Shown: positions 28,758-39,031 of the stretch, in pieces
How the letters are laid out: every line of letters begins with the position of its first letter
How positions within the stretch are numbered: the first letter of the stretch is position 1
Source: an uncultured Clostridia bacterium
Lineage (GTDB): Bacteria; Bacillota; Clostridia; TANB77; CAG-508
Direction of reading: 5' to 3'
Assembly (NCBI GenBank): GCA_944386695.1
Contig: CALXCB010000003.1
Location: 1-53,790 of the forward strand
Length of the DNA: 53,790 nt
Made by a program: the position numbers and the translations under genes
The notes under the pieces: generated by a model
What the model saw: only the letters and a program-made list of their open reading frames with translations
Database searches by the model: none
What the model was told of the DNA's origin: nothing

Positions 28758-30194
28758 TTACAATACCTTACCTTTAAAATACCACATATGATCTTCTATT
28801 ATCTCTACATCAATAATCGAATTAATCAAATCTTTATCTCCCTCAAATACAACAACTTTATTACTTTCAGTTCTGCCTGTAAGCATTTTTTCATTATTTT
28901 TACTTGGACCTTCAACTAATACTTTTTGGGCAGTTCCTAAATAAGATTTATTAGTCTTAGCAATTTGACTTTCAACTAAATCTTTTAATCTATCAAATCT
29001 CTTATGTTTTATTTCTTCTGGAATTTGGTTTGGCATTTTATCTCCAGGAGTTCCAACCCTTCTTGAGTAAATAAACATAAATACTTGTTCATAACCTACT
29101 TTTTTGACAACATCTAAAGTATCTTCAAAATCCTCTTCTGTCTCTCCTGCAAAGCCTACAATTATGTCTGTTGTAAATTTGATGTTTGGAATTTTTGTTT
29201 TCATTTTTTCTACCAGATTTAAATATTGCTCCTTGGTATATTTTCTATTCATTACTTTAAGCATATTTGTACTTCCTGATTGAAGTGGTAAATGAATGCA
29301 TTTACATACTTTTCCACAATCAGCAATTGCTTCTATTACGTCATCTGTAAAGTCTTTTGGATGAGGTGAAACAAATCTTATTCTTTCAATTCCTTCTATT
29401 TGATTAATAGCTCTTAATAATTTGGCAAAAGAATTTATTTCTTTATAATCTCCCGCTTCATCTTTCAATTTTCCTTGCTGTATTGCTTCCATTTCTGAAC
29501 GTAAATACGAATTTACATTTTGTCCAAGCAACATAATTTCTTTATATCCTTGAGATGCCAATTCTTTTACTTCATTTATAATGTCTTTTGGTTTTCTGCT
29601 TCTTTCTCTTCCTCTTACATAAGGTACTATACAATAACTACAAAAATTATTACAACCATACATTATAGTAACAGAACCTTGTGTTTTGCTATTTCTTTTT
29701 ATTGGTAGGTCTTCATATACATTACCATCTATATCTATTACATCTTTAATCTTTTTTTGGTCTTCTAATACTTTATATAAATCTTCTGGTAATTTATGTA
29801 GTGTATGTGTTCCAAATATTATATCGATATAAGAAAATGACTTTTTTATTTTATCTAATATATGCTGTTCTTGCATCATACATCCACCAACTGCAATAAT
29901 TAGATTATTTTTTTCTTTCAAATTTTTTAAATTTCCAATTTTTCCAAATAGTCTTTCTTCTGCATTTTCTCTAACACAACAGGTGTTGAAAACTGCAAGA
30001 TTAGCATCTTCTATATCTTCAGTTTTTCTATACCCCATTTCTTCTAGCATACCACAAATTTTCTCTGAATCATTTTCGTTTAATTGGCAGCCCATTGTCA
30101 AAATTGTGTATTTTAAGTCTTTATTTTCAATTAGTTTTGCTACCTTTTGCATATATTGTTTTTGAATCTCTATTTCTTGTATTTCTGTCATCAT
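28758..30194 (-). CDS. miaB: tRNA-i6A37 methylthiotransferase MiaB
   Basis: UPF0004 N-domain (TMGCQLNENDSE), radical-SAM CNNFCSYCIVP, and a TRAM-like C-terminus. Confidence 0.9.
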   Translation of the reverse strand: MMTEIQEIEIQKQYMQKVAKLIENKDLKYTILTMGCQLNENDSEKICGMLEEMGYRKTEDIEDANLAVFNTCCVRENAEERLFGKIGNLKNLKEKNNLIIAVGGCMMQEQHILDKIKKSFSYIDIIFGTHTLHKLPEDLYKVLEDQKKIKDVIDIDGNVYEDLPIKRNSKTQGSVTIMYGCNNFCSYCIVPYVRGRERSRKPKDIINEVKELASQGYKEIMLLGQNVNSYLRSEMEAIQQGKLKDEAGDYKEINSFAKLLRAINQIEGIERIRFVSPHPKDFTDDVIEAIADCGKVCKCIHLPLQSGSTNMLKVMNRKYTKEQYLNLVEKMKTKIPNIKFTTDIIVGFAGETEEDFEDTLDVVKKVGYEQVFMFIYSRRVGTPGDKMPNQIPEEIKHKRFDRLKDLVESQIAKTNKSYLGTAQKVLVEGPSKNNEKMLTGRTESNKVVVFEGDKDLINSIIDVEIIEDHMWYFKGKVL

Positions 30195-30227
30195 TATTCC
30201 CTTTCCTAAAATATTTGTTTTAATTTA

Positions 30228-33200
30228 TTAGTCAGATGTAGCAATATCGATTAATTCTTCATATGAATTTACTGTAACATATAAAATATCTTCATTACAT
30301 ATTTTAGCAAAAAGTTTTTTTGCACACTCTATTTTTGCATTTTCAATTGCTCTTAACTCTGATCTATTTGGACTTCCTTTAGTCTCCACAATAAAGTATT
30401 TATGTTTGAATTTTTTATTATTAAATATAACTATCCAATCAGGATTATAGTTTCCGACAGGTGTTGGAATTTTAAAATCTTTTGGTAATTTTGCATATAC
30501 TTCAACTTCTCCTGTTTCTAAGCAATTTGCAAAATTCTTTTCATTTGTCGAATCAGTAATTAAATAATCATATATATTTCTTTTTACTTCTATTACATTA
30601 TCACCAAGTCTACCTTTTACATTTTTTAAAGTAAATATATCGTCATCATAAACTTCATCTATAGTTTTATATTTTATACCATCTATAATAGTAAGTGCTT
30701 TTTCTTCATTAATTAGACGACAAGCCTTTCTAATAAACTCTTCTGAATTATCTTTATATTGTTCAAAAACTTTACTATCAATATTTTTCAATATATTAAT
30801 TGTAGTTCTTCTTGTTAATCCTGTATCTTGTGAAATATCACCTATTAAATCATATTTTGTAAAAACTTTTGCATAATTGTCATATATTTCTGTTTCTCTA
30901 GTTGTTTCATGCATTGATGTTTCTTCTCTTAATCCAGATGCTGTAATAACATCATTTTGCCCTCCAGTTGTTATTCTAACTCTCATTTTACTGATTTTTA
31001 ATTTTTCATTTAGAGCTTTTATTGAGTTTTTAATTAATTCTTCACTATCAAAATTCACTTCATAAATTGCTTTGATATTGATTTGCTTCCATAAATTTTG
31101 AAATTCTGCTTTTTCGAAATTTTCATTTGTCTCAATTATAGATGGAAGATTGTTTTTATTTTCATTTTCAACAGGAAAATCTCTATTTGAAAATAATTTA
31201 TTAATTAAGTTGATATAATCTTTTTCATATCCTTCTATAATTTCAGGTATTTTTATAGAGTTGTTTTCGATATCTTCTTTAAATTCTTGTGTTATATTTT
31301 TGTGTTTATCTATATAATTATTATCTCTGCAATCAAATAATATTTCTGAAAAAACATCTTCGTCAATAATTAAGATATCTTCAGGATTATTATTATTTCG
31401 TAATCTAGTACCTATAAATAAATCTTGCGATAATTTCTCATGGATTTTTCTAGATAAATCTTCTGCAATTTCTTTTTGAAGAGCTTTAGCAAATGATTCA
31501 TAACTTTCACTAGCAATAACAGTTAATGTGTTTATATCAAAAAAGTTCTCCTCTAGTACTGATTCATCCATTCTATCTCCATTTTGATTTACACATATAC
31601 GCAAACCTCTTCCTATCTCTTGTCTTTTACTAATTTCTGAATTGTTTTTTTTCAATGTACAAATTTGAAAAATATTAGGATTGTCCCATCCTTCTCTAAG
31701 TGCTGAATGTGAAAATATAAATCTTACTGGTTGGTCAAAAGAAAGTAACTTTTCTTTATCTCTCATTATTAAGTCATATGCATCTTCATCTGAACTTATT
31801 TTGTTAGACTTATCATCTATTTCTGAATCAATAAATATAGAATCTTCGTATGTTCTTCCTTTAGATGCTTTTTTATCAATTGAAAAATACCCACTATGTA
31901 CTTTTTTATTTTTTAAAGATTCTAAATATTTCTTATATTCATTATCTGCATTATTATAAACTTCATTATAAATATGACTATACTCTTCTTCAAATATTCT
32001 TGCGTATTCACCTTTATTATCTTTTCGATTGTAATCTTTATATTTTTTTACTTCATCTATAAAAAATAAAGATAATACTTTTATACCTTTTCTAAAATAT
32101 TCTTTTTCTTTTTCAAAATGGGCCTTTATTGTCTCTCTTATTTGAATTCTTGGCAAAAAGTTTTTATTTAAACTGCCTGCAACTTGCCCTGTTTTTATAG
32201 ATTCACCATTTGTAAAATATACTATATCAAAATTAGCATTTTGTGCATTTATTTCACTTACAACATAACCTTTATATTCTGCTAACTTGTCAGATAGCTT
32301 ATATAAGTCATCTCCCTTTTTTAAGGTTTTCATCATTCTTTTAGTTCCGTTAGTTGATTTGACTTCTATTTCCATCTTAGCAATTGGTGCTTTTTTGGTT
32401 ATTTCTACCCTTTCTAAATACAAATATGCACTTTCTGATTTATCATGTAAAATTTCAATACCTTTTACATTTATCTTCTTTACTAATCTTTGATTATAAG
32501 CATCAACTGCATCTAATCGATATATCATATTATATATATGATCTTTTTTGTGTGTAGCAGAATATCTTAATATAAATAATGGATTAAATATTTTTAAATA
32601 TTTTTCTGTTTTTCCCATTTTTTGTGGCTCATCAATTATTAATATTGGTCTTGTCGCTTTTAATACATCAATTGGTTTTCTAGTTTCTAATTTATCTATT
32701 ACTTCATATATTCTTCTTTTAGCCACTGATTTAGCATTTGGGTTAAAATTAAAAGCTTGATAATTCATTATTATTACTTGAATACTTGATTCTTCTGCAA
32801 AATCTTTTATATTATTTATATTTGAAGAATCACTTGAATCATATATAGAATATATTATATTTTTTTCATATATTCCTTTAAAATGCTCTTCTGTTACTTG
32901 AAATGATTTTAATACTCCTTCTCTTATTGCAACACTTGGAACTATTACTATAAATTTGCTCCAACCATATACTTTATTCAACTCATACATTGTTTTTATA
33001 TAGGTATATGTTTTTCCTGTACCTGTTTCCATCTCTATTGAATAATTTAGAATTCCTTGGTCATCAGTATAATCTAAATGATTTTCTTTTTGAACTTTTC
33101 TTATATTGCTTCTTATTTCGTTGTCTGACAATTCTATTTCCTTATTTCCAAAATATATTATATCTTCTTCATCACTTTCATTCCAGTTAGTAATATCTCT

Positions 33201-33320
33201 TTTTTTAGTTCTTTTTCCAATTAAATTAATTTGACTTCCTTTAGGCTGACCTGTAAAGCATTCTATTACAGCTTGGGTTGCATCTTCTTGATATTGCTGC
33301 TTTTTAAATTTTAATTTCAT
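30228..33320 (-). CDS. res: Type III restriction endonuclease Res subunit (SF2 helicase plus PD-(D/E)xK nuclease)
   Basis: METGTGKTYTYIKT (motif I), IIDEPQK (DEAH-like), SALREGWDNPN (motif VI-like), and C-terminal NPDWIVIF...YFIVETKG. Confidence 0.88.
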   Translation of the reverse strand: MKLKFKKQQYQEDATQAVIECFTGQPKGSQINLIGKRTKKRDITNWNESDEEDIIYFGNKEIELSDNEIRSNIRKVQKENHLDYTDDQGILNYSIEMETGTGKTYTYIKTMYELNKVYGWSKFIVIVPSVAIREGVLKSFQVTEEHFKGIYEKNIIYSIYDSSDSSNINNIKDFAEESSIQVIIMNYQAFNFNPNAKSVAKRRIYEVIDKLETRKPIDVLKATRPILIIDEPQKMGKTEKYLKIFNPLFILRYSATHKKDHIYNMIYRLDAVDAYNQRLVKKINVKGIEILHDKSESAYLYLERVEITKKAPIAKMEIEVKSTNGTKRMMKTLKKGDDLYKLSDKLAEYKGYVVSEINAQNANFDIVYFTNGESIKTGQVAGSLNKNFLPRIQIRETIKAHFEKEKEYFRKGIKVLSLFFIDEVKKYKDYNRKDNKGEYARIFEEEYSHIYNEVYNNADNEYKKYLESLKNKKVHSGYFSIDKKASKGRTYEDSIFIDSEIDDKSNKISSDEDAYDLIMRDKEKLLSFDQPVRFIFSHSALREGWDNPNIFQICTLKKNNSEISKRQEIGRGLRICVNQNGDRMDESVLEENFFDINTLTVIASESYESFAKALQKEIAEDLSRKIHEKLSQDLFIGTRLRNNNNPEDILIIDEDVFSEILFDCRDNNYIDKHKNITQEFKEDIENNSIKIPEIIEGYEKDYINLINKLFSNRDFPVENENKNNLPSIIETNENFEKAEFQNLWKQINIKAIYEVNFDSEELIKNSIKALNEKLKISKMRVRITTGGQNDVITASGLREETSMHETTRETEIYDNYAKVFTKYDLIGDISQDTGLTRRTTINILKNIDSKVFEQYKDNSEEFIRKACRLINEEKALTIIDGIKYKTIDEVYDDDIFTLKNVKGRLGDNVIEVKRNIYDYLITDSTNEKNFANCLETGEVEVYAKLPKDFKIPTPVGNYNPDWIVIFNNKKFKHKYFIVETKGSPNRSELRAIENAKIECAKKLFAKICNEDILYVTVNSYEELIDIATSD

Positions 33321-33332
33321 GTGTCTTTTCTC

Positions 33333-35393
33333 CTATATAATATTTAATACATCTTCTGGCTTTTCTTTCAATAATTTTTTTACTTTTTCATATAAATTTA
33401 CTTTATCACTATCTTTTTCAAATGACTTTTCTTTAAATACAATTTTTGATGGTTTAATTTCACATATTTTTTCAATCAGATTTTTATTAATTTTGTCATC
33501 AAAACATGCAACTAAAGAATTTTCATTTACAAAATAGACATTGTTGTTTAATATTTTCTTTTTTTCAATTTTTAAATCAAGAGTTAGTCCTAGATCTAAC
33601 ATGACTTGAATTAGTAGGTCTTCTCCACTTCTATCTTCTTTTATATTTGTTTCAAATAAATCTAGTTGTGCTTGATTTATTTTCTCTGGTTCATAATATA
33701 TATCTTTCATATTTGATGTATCTATTTTAAATACTCTAAATCCATAATCTATATCTGCTTTTGTTTCTTCTTTTATTTTTTTACCAGAACGAATTATTCT
33801 CTCTTCTCCTAATTCAGATAAATAATGCTTTCTATTACAACTATCTAAAAATTCTATTGTATCTTTTATTGTTTTTTTATTTTCTGGACCAGTTGCTATT
33901 TTATAACTTCTATCTAGATCTTCATCTATTTGTACCATTATATATTTTCTTCTTTTTAAATCTTTTGAATTCAACTCCATAACTGAATGCGCAGTTGATG
34001 CAGAACCAGCAAAGAAGTCCATTACAATATCATCATCTGCAGTTGTCATTTTAATTATTCTATTTAATAATTTTAAAGGTTTTTTACCATTGTTGTATTG
34101 AACTCCTCCTTCTTGTGCAATTCCTCCTGTTGTTTTTATATCTTGCCAAAAATCACATGGGTTTTTATATATATTTTCATCTGCAAATATAACTTGGAGA
34201 CGAGGTTGCTTAGTATTGTAATTAAAATCTGTTACATAGTAAAATAAGATATTTTCTTTTGATACAGAAGCACTTATTTCTTGACCTTCATCAATTCCTT
34301 GTTCTTTAACTAAATTTAATAAGCTTGTAGATCCTGCTGTTTTGATTATTGCGTATGCATGCTCAAAGCACCAATCTTGTGCCTTATCTTTATTTTTAAT
34401 ACCTATCTCATTTAGTTTTTCTTTTAAAGATTTTCTTTTAGCTTTACTTAATATTTTTTTAGCTTGATTTATATCCTCTTTAGACTTATATTCTTTTTCT
34501 TCTATTAATTTTAATTTTTCTCTATCTTCTATTGTAAAGTTTTCTAAAAATATATTATTTTCTTTATCCCATTCTTTAATCATATATGTATCGATTGCTT
34601 CAAATCCTTTAAATTTAGCTTTTTTGTAAAATAATATATATTCTTTTATTTTTGGAAATCTCTCGTTTTTATGTGCCATCTTTACTCCAGATGCTTCACT
34701 CATTTTTACTGCTATACAATTTACAAAATTGTTTTCTCCAAAAATTTCATCACACATTTTCTTTAAATTTGCCTGTTCATTATCATCTATACTTATAAAT
34801 ATACATCCATCATCTCTTAGTAAATTTTTTGCTATTCTTAATCTTTCATACATCATTGTTAGCCAATCACTATGATATCTTCCATTAGATTCCAAATTTG
34901 AAACCAGTTTTCTATTGTTTTCATCAATCTGATCAGAATTTTTTAATTCATCATCAACTGTATGTCCATAATCATCTTTATAGATTAAATCTGACCCTCT
35001 ATTATATGGAGGATCTATATAAATACATTTGATTTTATTTAAATATGATTCTTGTAATATTTTTAAGGCCTCTATATTATCTCCTTCAATATAAATATTT
35101 TGAGTTGTATCAAAATTAATTGATTTTTCTCTCAATGGTCTTAATGTTTTTGTTGTAGGTGTATTCGATACTACCATTGCTTCTTTCTTTCCTGGCCAAT
35201 TTAGTTGATATTTTTCAGTATTTCCTTGTATGATTTCATATGATAGCTCTTGCCTTAATAGATCAAAGTCTATACGTTTCCCATTTTTGCTTTCTACTAC
35301 ACAGTTTGGAAATAATTTTCCTATGTTTTCTATATTTAAACTCACTATATCTTTCGATTTCATATCTAGTTGTTTTATTTGTTTATTGTTCAT
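33333..35393 (-). CDS. mod: Type III N6-adenine DNA methyltransferase Mod subunit
   Basis: IYIDPPYNRGSD (motif IV DPPY) precedes VMDFFAGSASTAHS (motif I FxGxG), which is beta-class order. It lies 12 bp upstream of res. Confidence 0.9.
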   Translation of the reverse strand: MNNKQIKQLDMKSKDIVSLNIENIGKLFPNCVVESKNGKRIDFDLLRQELSYEIIQGNTEKYQLNWPGKKEAMVVSNTPTTKTLRPLREKSINFDTTQNIYIEGDNIEALKILQESYLNKIKCIYIDPPYNRGSDLIYKDDYGHTVDDELKNSDQIDENNRKLVSNLESNGRYHSDWLTMMYERLRIAKNLLRDDGCIFISIDDNEQANLKKMCDEIFGENNFVNCIAVKMSEASGVKMAHKNERFPKIKEYILFYKKAKFKGFEAIDTYMIKEWDKENNIFLENFTIEDREKLKLIEEKEYKSKEDINQAKKILSKAKRKSLKEKLNEIGIKNKDKAQDWCFEHAYAIIKTAGSTSLLNLVKEQGIDEGQEISASVSKENILFYYVTDFNYNTKQPRLQVIFADENIYKNPCDFWQDIKTTGGIAQEGGVQYNNGKKPLKLLNRIIKMTTADDDIVMDFFAGSASTAHSVMELNSKDLKRRKYIMVQIDEDLDRSYKIATGPENKKTIKDTIEFLDSCNRKHYLSELGEERIIRSGKKIKEETKADIDYGFRVFKIDTSNMKDIYYEPEKINQAQLDLFETNIKEDRSGEDLLIQVMLDLGLTLDLKIEKKKILNNNVYFVNENSLVACFDDKINKNLIEKICEIKPSKIVFKEKSFEKDSDKVNLYEKVKKLLKEKPEDVLNII

Positions 35394-35500
35394 AAAATTC
35401 TCCCATTCTTTTTGATTTCTATACCTTTACATTTATACCACATTCTCAAAAATTTTTCAATTAGAGACAGACCTTTTTTGTAAATTTTCAATTGGGTGAC

Positions 35501-36019
35501 CATTTGGTATCGAGTCTTTTTTGTCATTGCACATTTGGAACCAGGTCCTTTTTGTACATCCCCCTCCTGGGGCTTGGCAATGTATATATCAAAACTCAAT
35601 GAATACTTATCATTACATTCAATAAAAATTTCTAAATATAGAAAATGAGCCTCTTTCACTCAACCTCGTAAAATTATAGATTTAAATTTTAAATAAATTA
35701 CGAATGTGATTGGAGAAATATTAGAAAATCTTAAATCATTTTATGGAAAGAGTTCATGCTTGCCATGGAAGGGTGCCATAAAATGATTTTAGATTTTCTT
35801 ATTTTTCGTATTGAGCCGAGGAATTTATGAAAAATTTAAATCTATAATTTTTCGTGCGTGAACATTACTCATTTTCTATATATAAGAAATTTTATATTTC
35901 ATTTCAATCTAACGTATTCATTGAGTTTTGATATATACATTGCCAAGCCCCAGGAGGGGGATGTACAAAAAGAACCTGGTTCCAAATGTGCAATGACAAA
36001 AAAGACCTGGTCCCAAATG
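35501..36019. repeat. ~520-bp imperfect palindrome: 93-bp near-identical inverted arms (35514..35606 / 35914..36006) around a diverged palindromic 307-bp core
   Basis: Manual reverse-complement alignment gives one mismatch in the arms (35547 c vs t). Inner matching blocks are atatagaaaatgag, aaaattatagatttaaatttt and agaaaatct(t/a)aaatcattttatgg. The apex loop is 35747..35775. Confidence 0.9.
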
Positions 36020-36031
36020 TACAAATAGTGA

Positions 36032-36733
36032 CTAACTATGTTTCCTACCTTTATGTGAGTATAGCCAAAAAACACCCGCTCCAATGGCAACTATCAATAA
36101 TATAGCTGCATATATTAATATACTCATTTTCCAATCTCCAACAGCAAGTTGCGAACCAGCAAGAGTTGATGTTACCACTGAAGGAAATCTTGCAAATGTC
36201 GAAATCAAAATAAACATATGTGGTTTTATAGGTAACAATCCTGATACATATACTAGTAAATCTTTAGGTGTGCCGGGTATAAAAAATAATACAAACATTA
36301 TTATTTCTATTCCAGCAGGATTTTGAAATAATTTACTATTATCGATTTTGGCAATTTTTTCTTTATCACAAAAATCATATACGAACCTTCTCCCAAATTT
36401 TCTAACTAATAAAAATATCATTGTAGATATTATAAAGGCTGATATCATTATAAATACAGTTCCCCACAATGCTCCATAGCACATCCCTGCCAAAATTTCT
36501 ATTGGTTCTCCTGGTACAATAATTAAAAATATTTGTGCAACTTGCAGACCAAATAGTGATAATAATCCATATATTCCAGAATCATCTACCTTTTTTTTAA
36601 AAGCTATTTGTCCTTCTGTTGTTGATAAATTTTTCATCACAGGAAATAAATATGCAATAATTCCTATAATTAATACTAAAACTACTATTGCTAATATTAT
36701 TTTAAATATTTTTATTTTATGTTTTCTACTCAT
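36032..36733 (-). CDS. TVP38/TMEM64 (DedA-related, SNARE-associated) family membrane protein
   Basis: Multi-TM protein. The VPGEPIEILAGMCYG motif is typical of the family. Confidence 0.7.
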   Translation of the reverse strand: MSRKHKIKIFKIILAIVVLVLIIGIIAYLFPVMKNLSTTEGQIAFKKKVDDSGIYGLLSLFGLQVAQIFLIIVPGEPIEILAGMCYGALWGTVFIMISAFIISTMIFLLVRKFGRRFVYDFCDKEKIAKIDNSKLFQNPAGIEIIMFVLFFIPGTPKDLLVYVSGLLPIKPHMFILISTFARFPSVVTSTLAGSQLAVGDWKMSILIYAAILLIVAIGAGVFWLYSHKGRKHS

Positions 36734-37323
36734 ATAATCCCTTCTTTTTTTGGTTTATATATTAATAAATTATTTTTTAATATATCTGCTACATTTATTT
36801 TTGGAGATTTATATTTTCTTAAAAGTCCTGTATATATTTCTTGAAGTTCTGCTACATTTTTAAAATCCTCTGGTCTTACTACAGTTGGCAAATTCATGTC
36901 TATATCTGCTTGTTCTATTATGTATTTAACAAATTCGGCACAATAAAATGAGTATTCTTTTCCTATCTTTTTATGAAATCCTGCTGCAAATAAGCCAAAA
37001 ATATTAAATTTATATTTATCTTTTTCTATTTGAATTTGATCAATATTATTTTGCATAATTTGGTACTGCTCTTCAGTTACTCTTAAAGAATAAACTTTTG
37101 CTCTGGTTCTTTTAAATCTTTTGAATGTTCCTTTATCTATATGTTCATGTACAAATCCACCCCAAAAAGGATTGTATGGATTTAGTCTTCCAAAACTATA
37201 CATTTCGTTTAATTCTATATCAAGTGATATAGAAATATGGGAGAATTCATCTTTTGTAAAACTTTTTATAATTCTTGATAACAGTGTTCCTGTGTGTGTT
37301 AATACTATATATATTTCTTTCAT
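36730..37323 (-). CDS. Hypothetical protein, YiiX/permuted-papain (NlpC/P60 superfamily)-like
   Basis: His before Cys (EFSHISISLD ... SFYCAEFVKY), as in permuted papain-fold amidases. It overlaps the downstream gene by 4 nt. Confidence 0.45.
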   Translation of the reverse strand: MKEIYIVLTHTGTLLSRIIKSFTKDEFSHISISLDIELNEMYSFGRLNPYNPFWGGFVHEHIDKGTFKRFKRTRAKVYSLRVTEEQYQIMQNNIDQIQIEKDKYKFNIFGLFAAGFHKKIGKEYSFYCAEFVKYIIEQADIDMNLPTVVRPEDFKNVAELQEIYTGLLRKYKSPKINVADILKNNLLIYKPKKEGII

Positions 37324-37330
37324 AAATCAA

Positions 37331-39031
37331 TTACCTACTTCCATTTATATTTCTATCAAATTGTACATCTGTTGCTATAAAATAAATTCCATATACTAAA
37401 ATAAGCATTCCTAATATAATTGCTATATTTCTCCATATTTCTTGTAAAGTTACTGCTACTTTAAATATTTGACTAACACTTATAATTGCTGGAATACTAA
37501 CTATTATTGGTACTAACATTGGAATTGCGAAATAGAAAAATAATTGTTTAAATATAGTTCTATTCATTTGTAGTTCGTCCATTCCTAATTTTTTCAATAG
37601 TTCGTATCTATACTTATATTTCTCTGAATCACTTAATTGTTGTATAGCAAGAAGTGTTGCTGTTGCCATAATAAATATTAATGCAATGTAAAATGCTAAA
37701 ATTTTAACTTTTGTTCCCAACATTTCAATTTCGTTATTATCTTTTATATATTCTGTAAATACTTCTTTAGCTGTTTTCATACAATTGATAATTATTTCAT
37801 TATTTTGTAAATCTACTTTTTCATATCCTAAGATTTCTCTTAGTTTATTATAATCTGTAAGGCTCATTACATATTCTATTCCGTCCATACTTCCAGAATT
37901 AAATGCGGTTCCTTCTAAAGCTTTTGATATTCCTATAGATTTTATACAATATAATCTATATTCATACATATCTGTCACTTTTGTGTTTTTTTCTATATAT
38001 TCTTTATATTCCGAAAAGTCCCCATCTACTGTACTTACCATAATTTCAAACGGATAACCCATTTCTATCTCATTATTTAGTAAATTGTTCATAAGTAAAG
38101 CTACATTTCCTCCTATTAATATAATTGTAAACATTACTGCTATTGTTCCCATACTCAAGCTCATTGTATTGATTTTTGACGTCAAATTTCTGTATAAAAA
38201 CATATTGTCTTTTTTATATTTTCTTGATTTATTTTCTATATATCTCTTTACTATAAAACTTGATATACTAATATAAAATAAATAAATTCCTAATATAAGC
38301 ATTATTATCGAAATTAATATATTTAAGCCTTTCATATTATTCGCATCTGCAAATTCTTTATGGTTAATATATAATGCTGCTATTAATAATACTACAGATA
38401 CTATAAAAATTGCAATATTTCCCTTTGAATTTTTTATAATATTATTTTCATTTTTCTTATCTGCATATAACAAATCATATACTTTTGTCTTTTTTATTTT
38501 TCTTCTACAATTTAGCAATACTAATAAAAATATTCCAAAAAAGTAAATTGCTGTTATTCCTACTGCTTTCAAATTGAATTCTATTTCTATTTTATAGGCT
38601 TGTTCAAATAAGTTCATAATGATCGAAGTGAAAATTTGGTATAAAAAAGTACCTACTACTATTCCAAATATAAATGCTACCCCACCTATTAAAATATTTT
38701 CTAATGTAAACATTTTACTAATTGATTTTTTTTCTATTCCTAATATTTCATATGTTCCGAATTCTTTGCTTCTCTTTTCTAGCATAAAACGCATTGTGTA
38801 ATTAATAAGCCATGCCATAACTAAAATAATAATAATGCTTATTCCTGTTATAGATTTTGAAAAATATTTCATCCAAGAAGCAAGCTCACTTATATCTTTT
38901 GAAACAGCAATTGAGTTAAAACTAAACATTAATGCAACTGATATAATTACTGTTAAAAAATAAATACAATAGTCTTTTGCTTGCCTTTTAGCATTTCTAA
39001 AAGATAATTTACCTAACATCTCTTGCGTCAC
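37331..39031 (-). CDS. FtsX-family ABC transporter permease, BceB-like (10 TM, short extracellular domain)
   Basis: N-terminal LSFRNAKRQAKDY, TM clusters, and a central soluble segment of about 130 aa. It overlaps the ATPase gene. Confidence 0.75.
   Translation of the reverse strand: MTQEMLGKLSFRNAKRQAKDYCIYFLTVIISVALMFSFNSIAVSKDISELASWMKYFSKSITGISIIIILVMAWLINYTMRFMLEKRSKEFGTYEILGIEKKSISKMFTLENILIGGVAFIFGIVVGTFLYQIFTSIIMNLFEQAYKIEIEFNLKAVGITAIYFFGIFLLVLLNCRRKIKKTKVYDLLYADKKNENNIIKNSKGNIAIFIVSVVLLIAALYINHKEFADANNMKGLNILISIIMLILGIYLFYISISSFIVKRYIENKSRKYKKDNMFLYRNLTSKINTMSLSMGTIAVMFTIILIGGNVALLMNNLLNNEIEMGYPFEIMVSTVDGDFSEYKEYIEKNTKVTDMYEYRLYCIKSIGISKALEGTAFNSGSMDGIEYVMSLTDYNKLREILGYEKVDLQNNEIIINCMKTAKEVFTEYIKDNNEIEMLGTKVKILAFYIALIFIMATATLLAIQQLSDSEKYKYRYELLKKLGMDELQMNRTIFKQLFFYFAIPMLVPIIVSIPAIISVSQIFKVAVTLQEIWRNIAIILGMLILVYGIYFIATDVQFDRNINGSR

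Noticed and set aside
33333-35393. Simple-sequence (homopolymer or short tandem) phase-variation tract inside mod
   Set aside because: I read through the gene and saw no long homopolymer or oligonucleotide repeat tract. The longest runs are ordinary A/T runs of about 7-8 nt.
35390-36090. Track ORFs 35390..35659 (89 aa) and 35899..36090 (63 aa) as protein genes
   Set aside because: They are mirror-image translations of the two palindrome arms (AKPQEGDVQKGPGSKCAMTKK vs FVIAHLEPGSFCTSPSWGLA). They have no RBS and consist of repeat-derived sequence.
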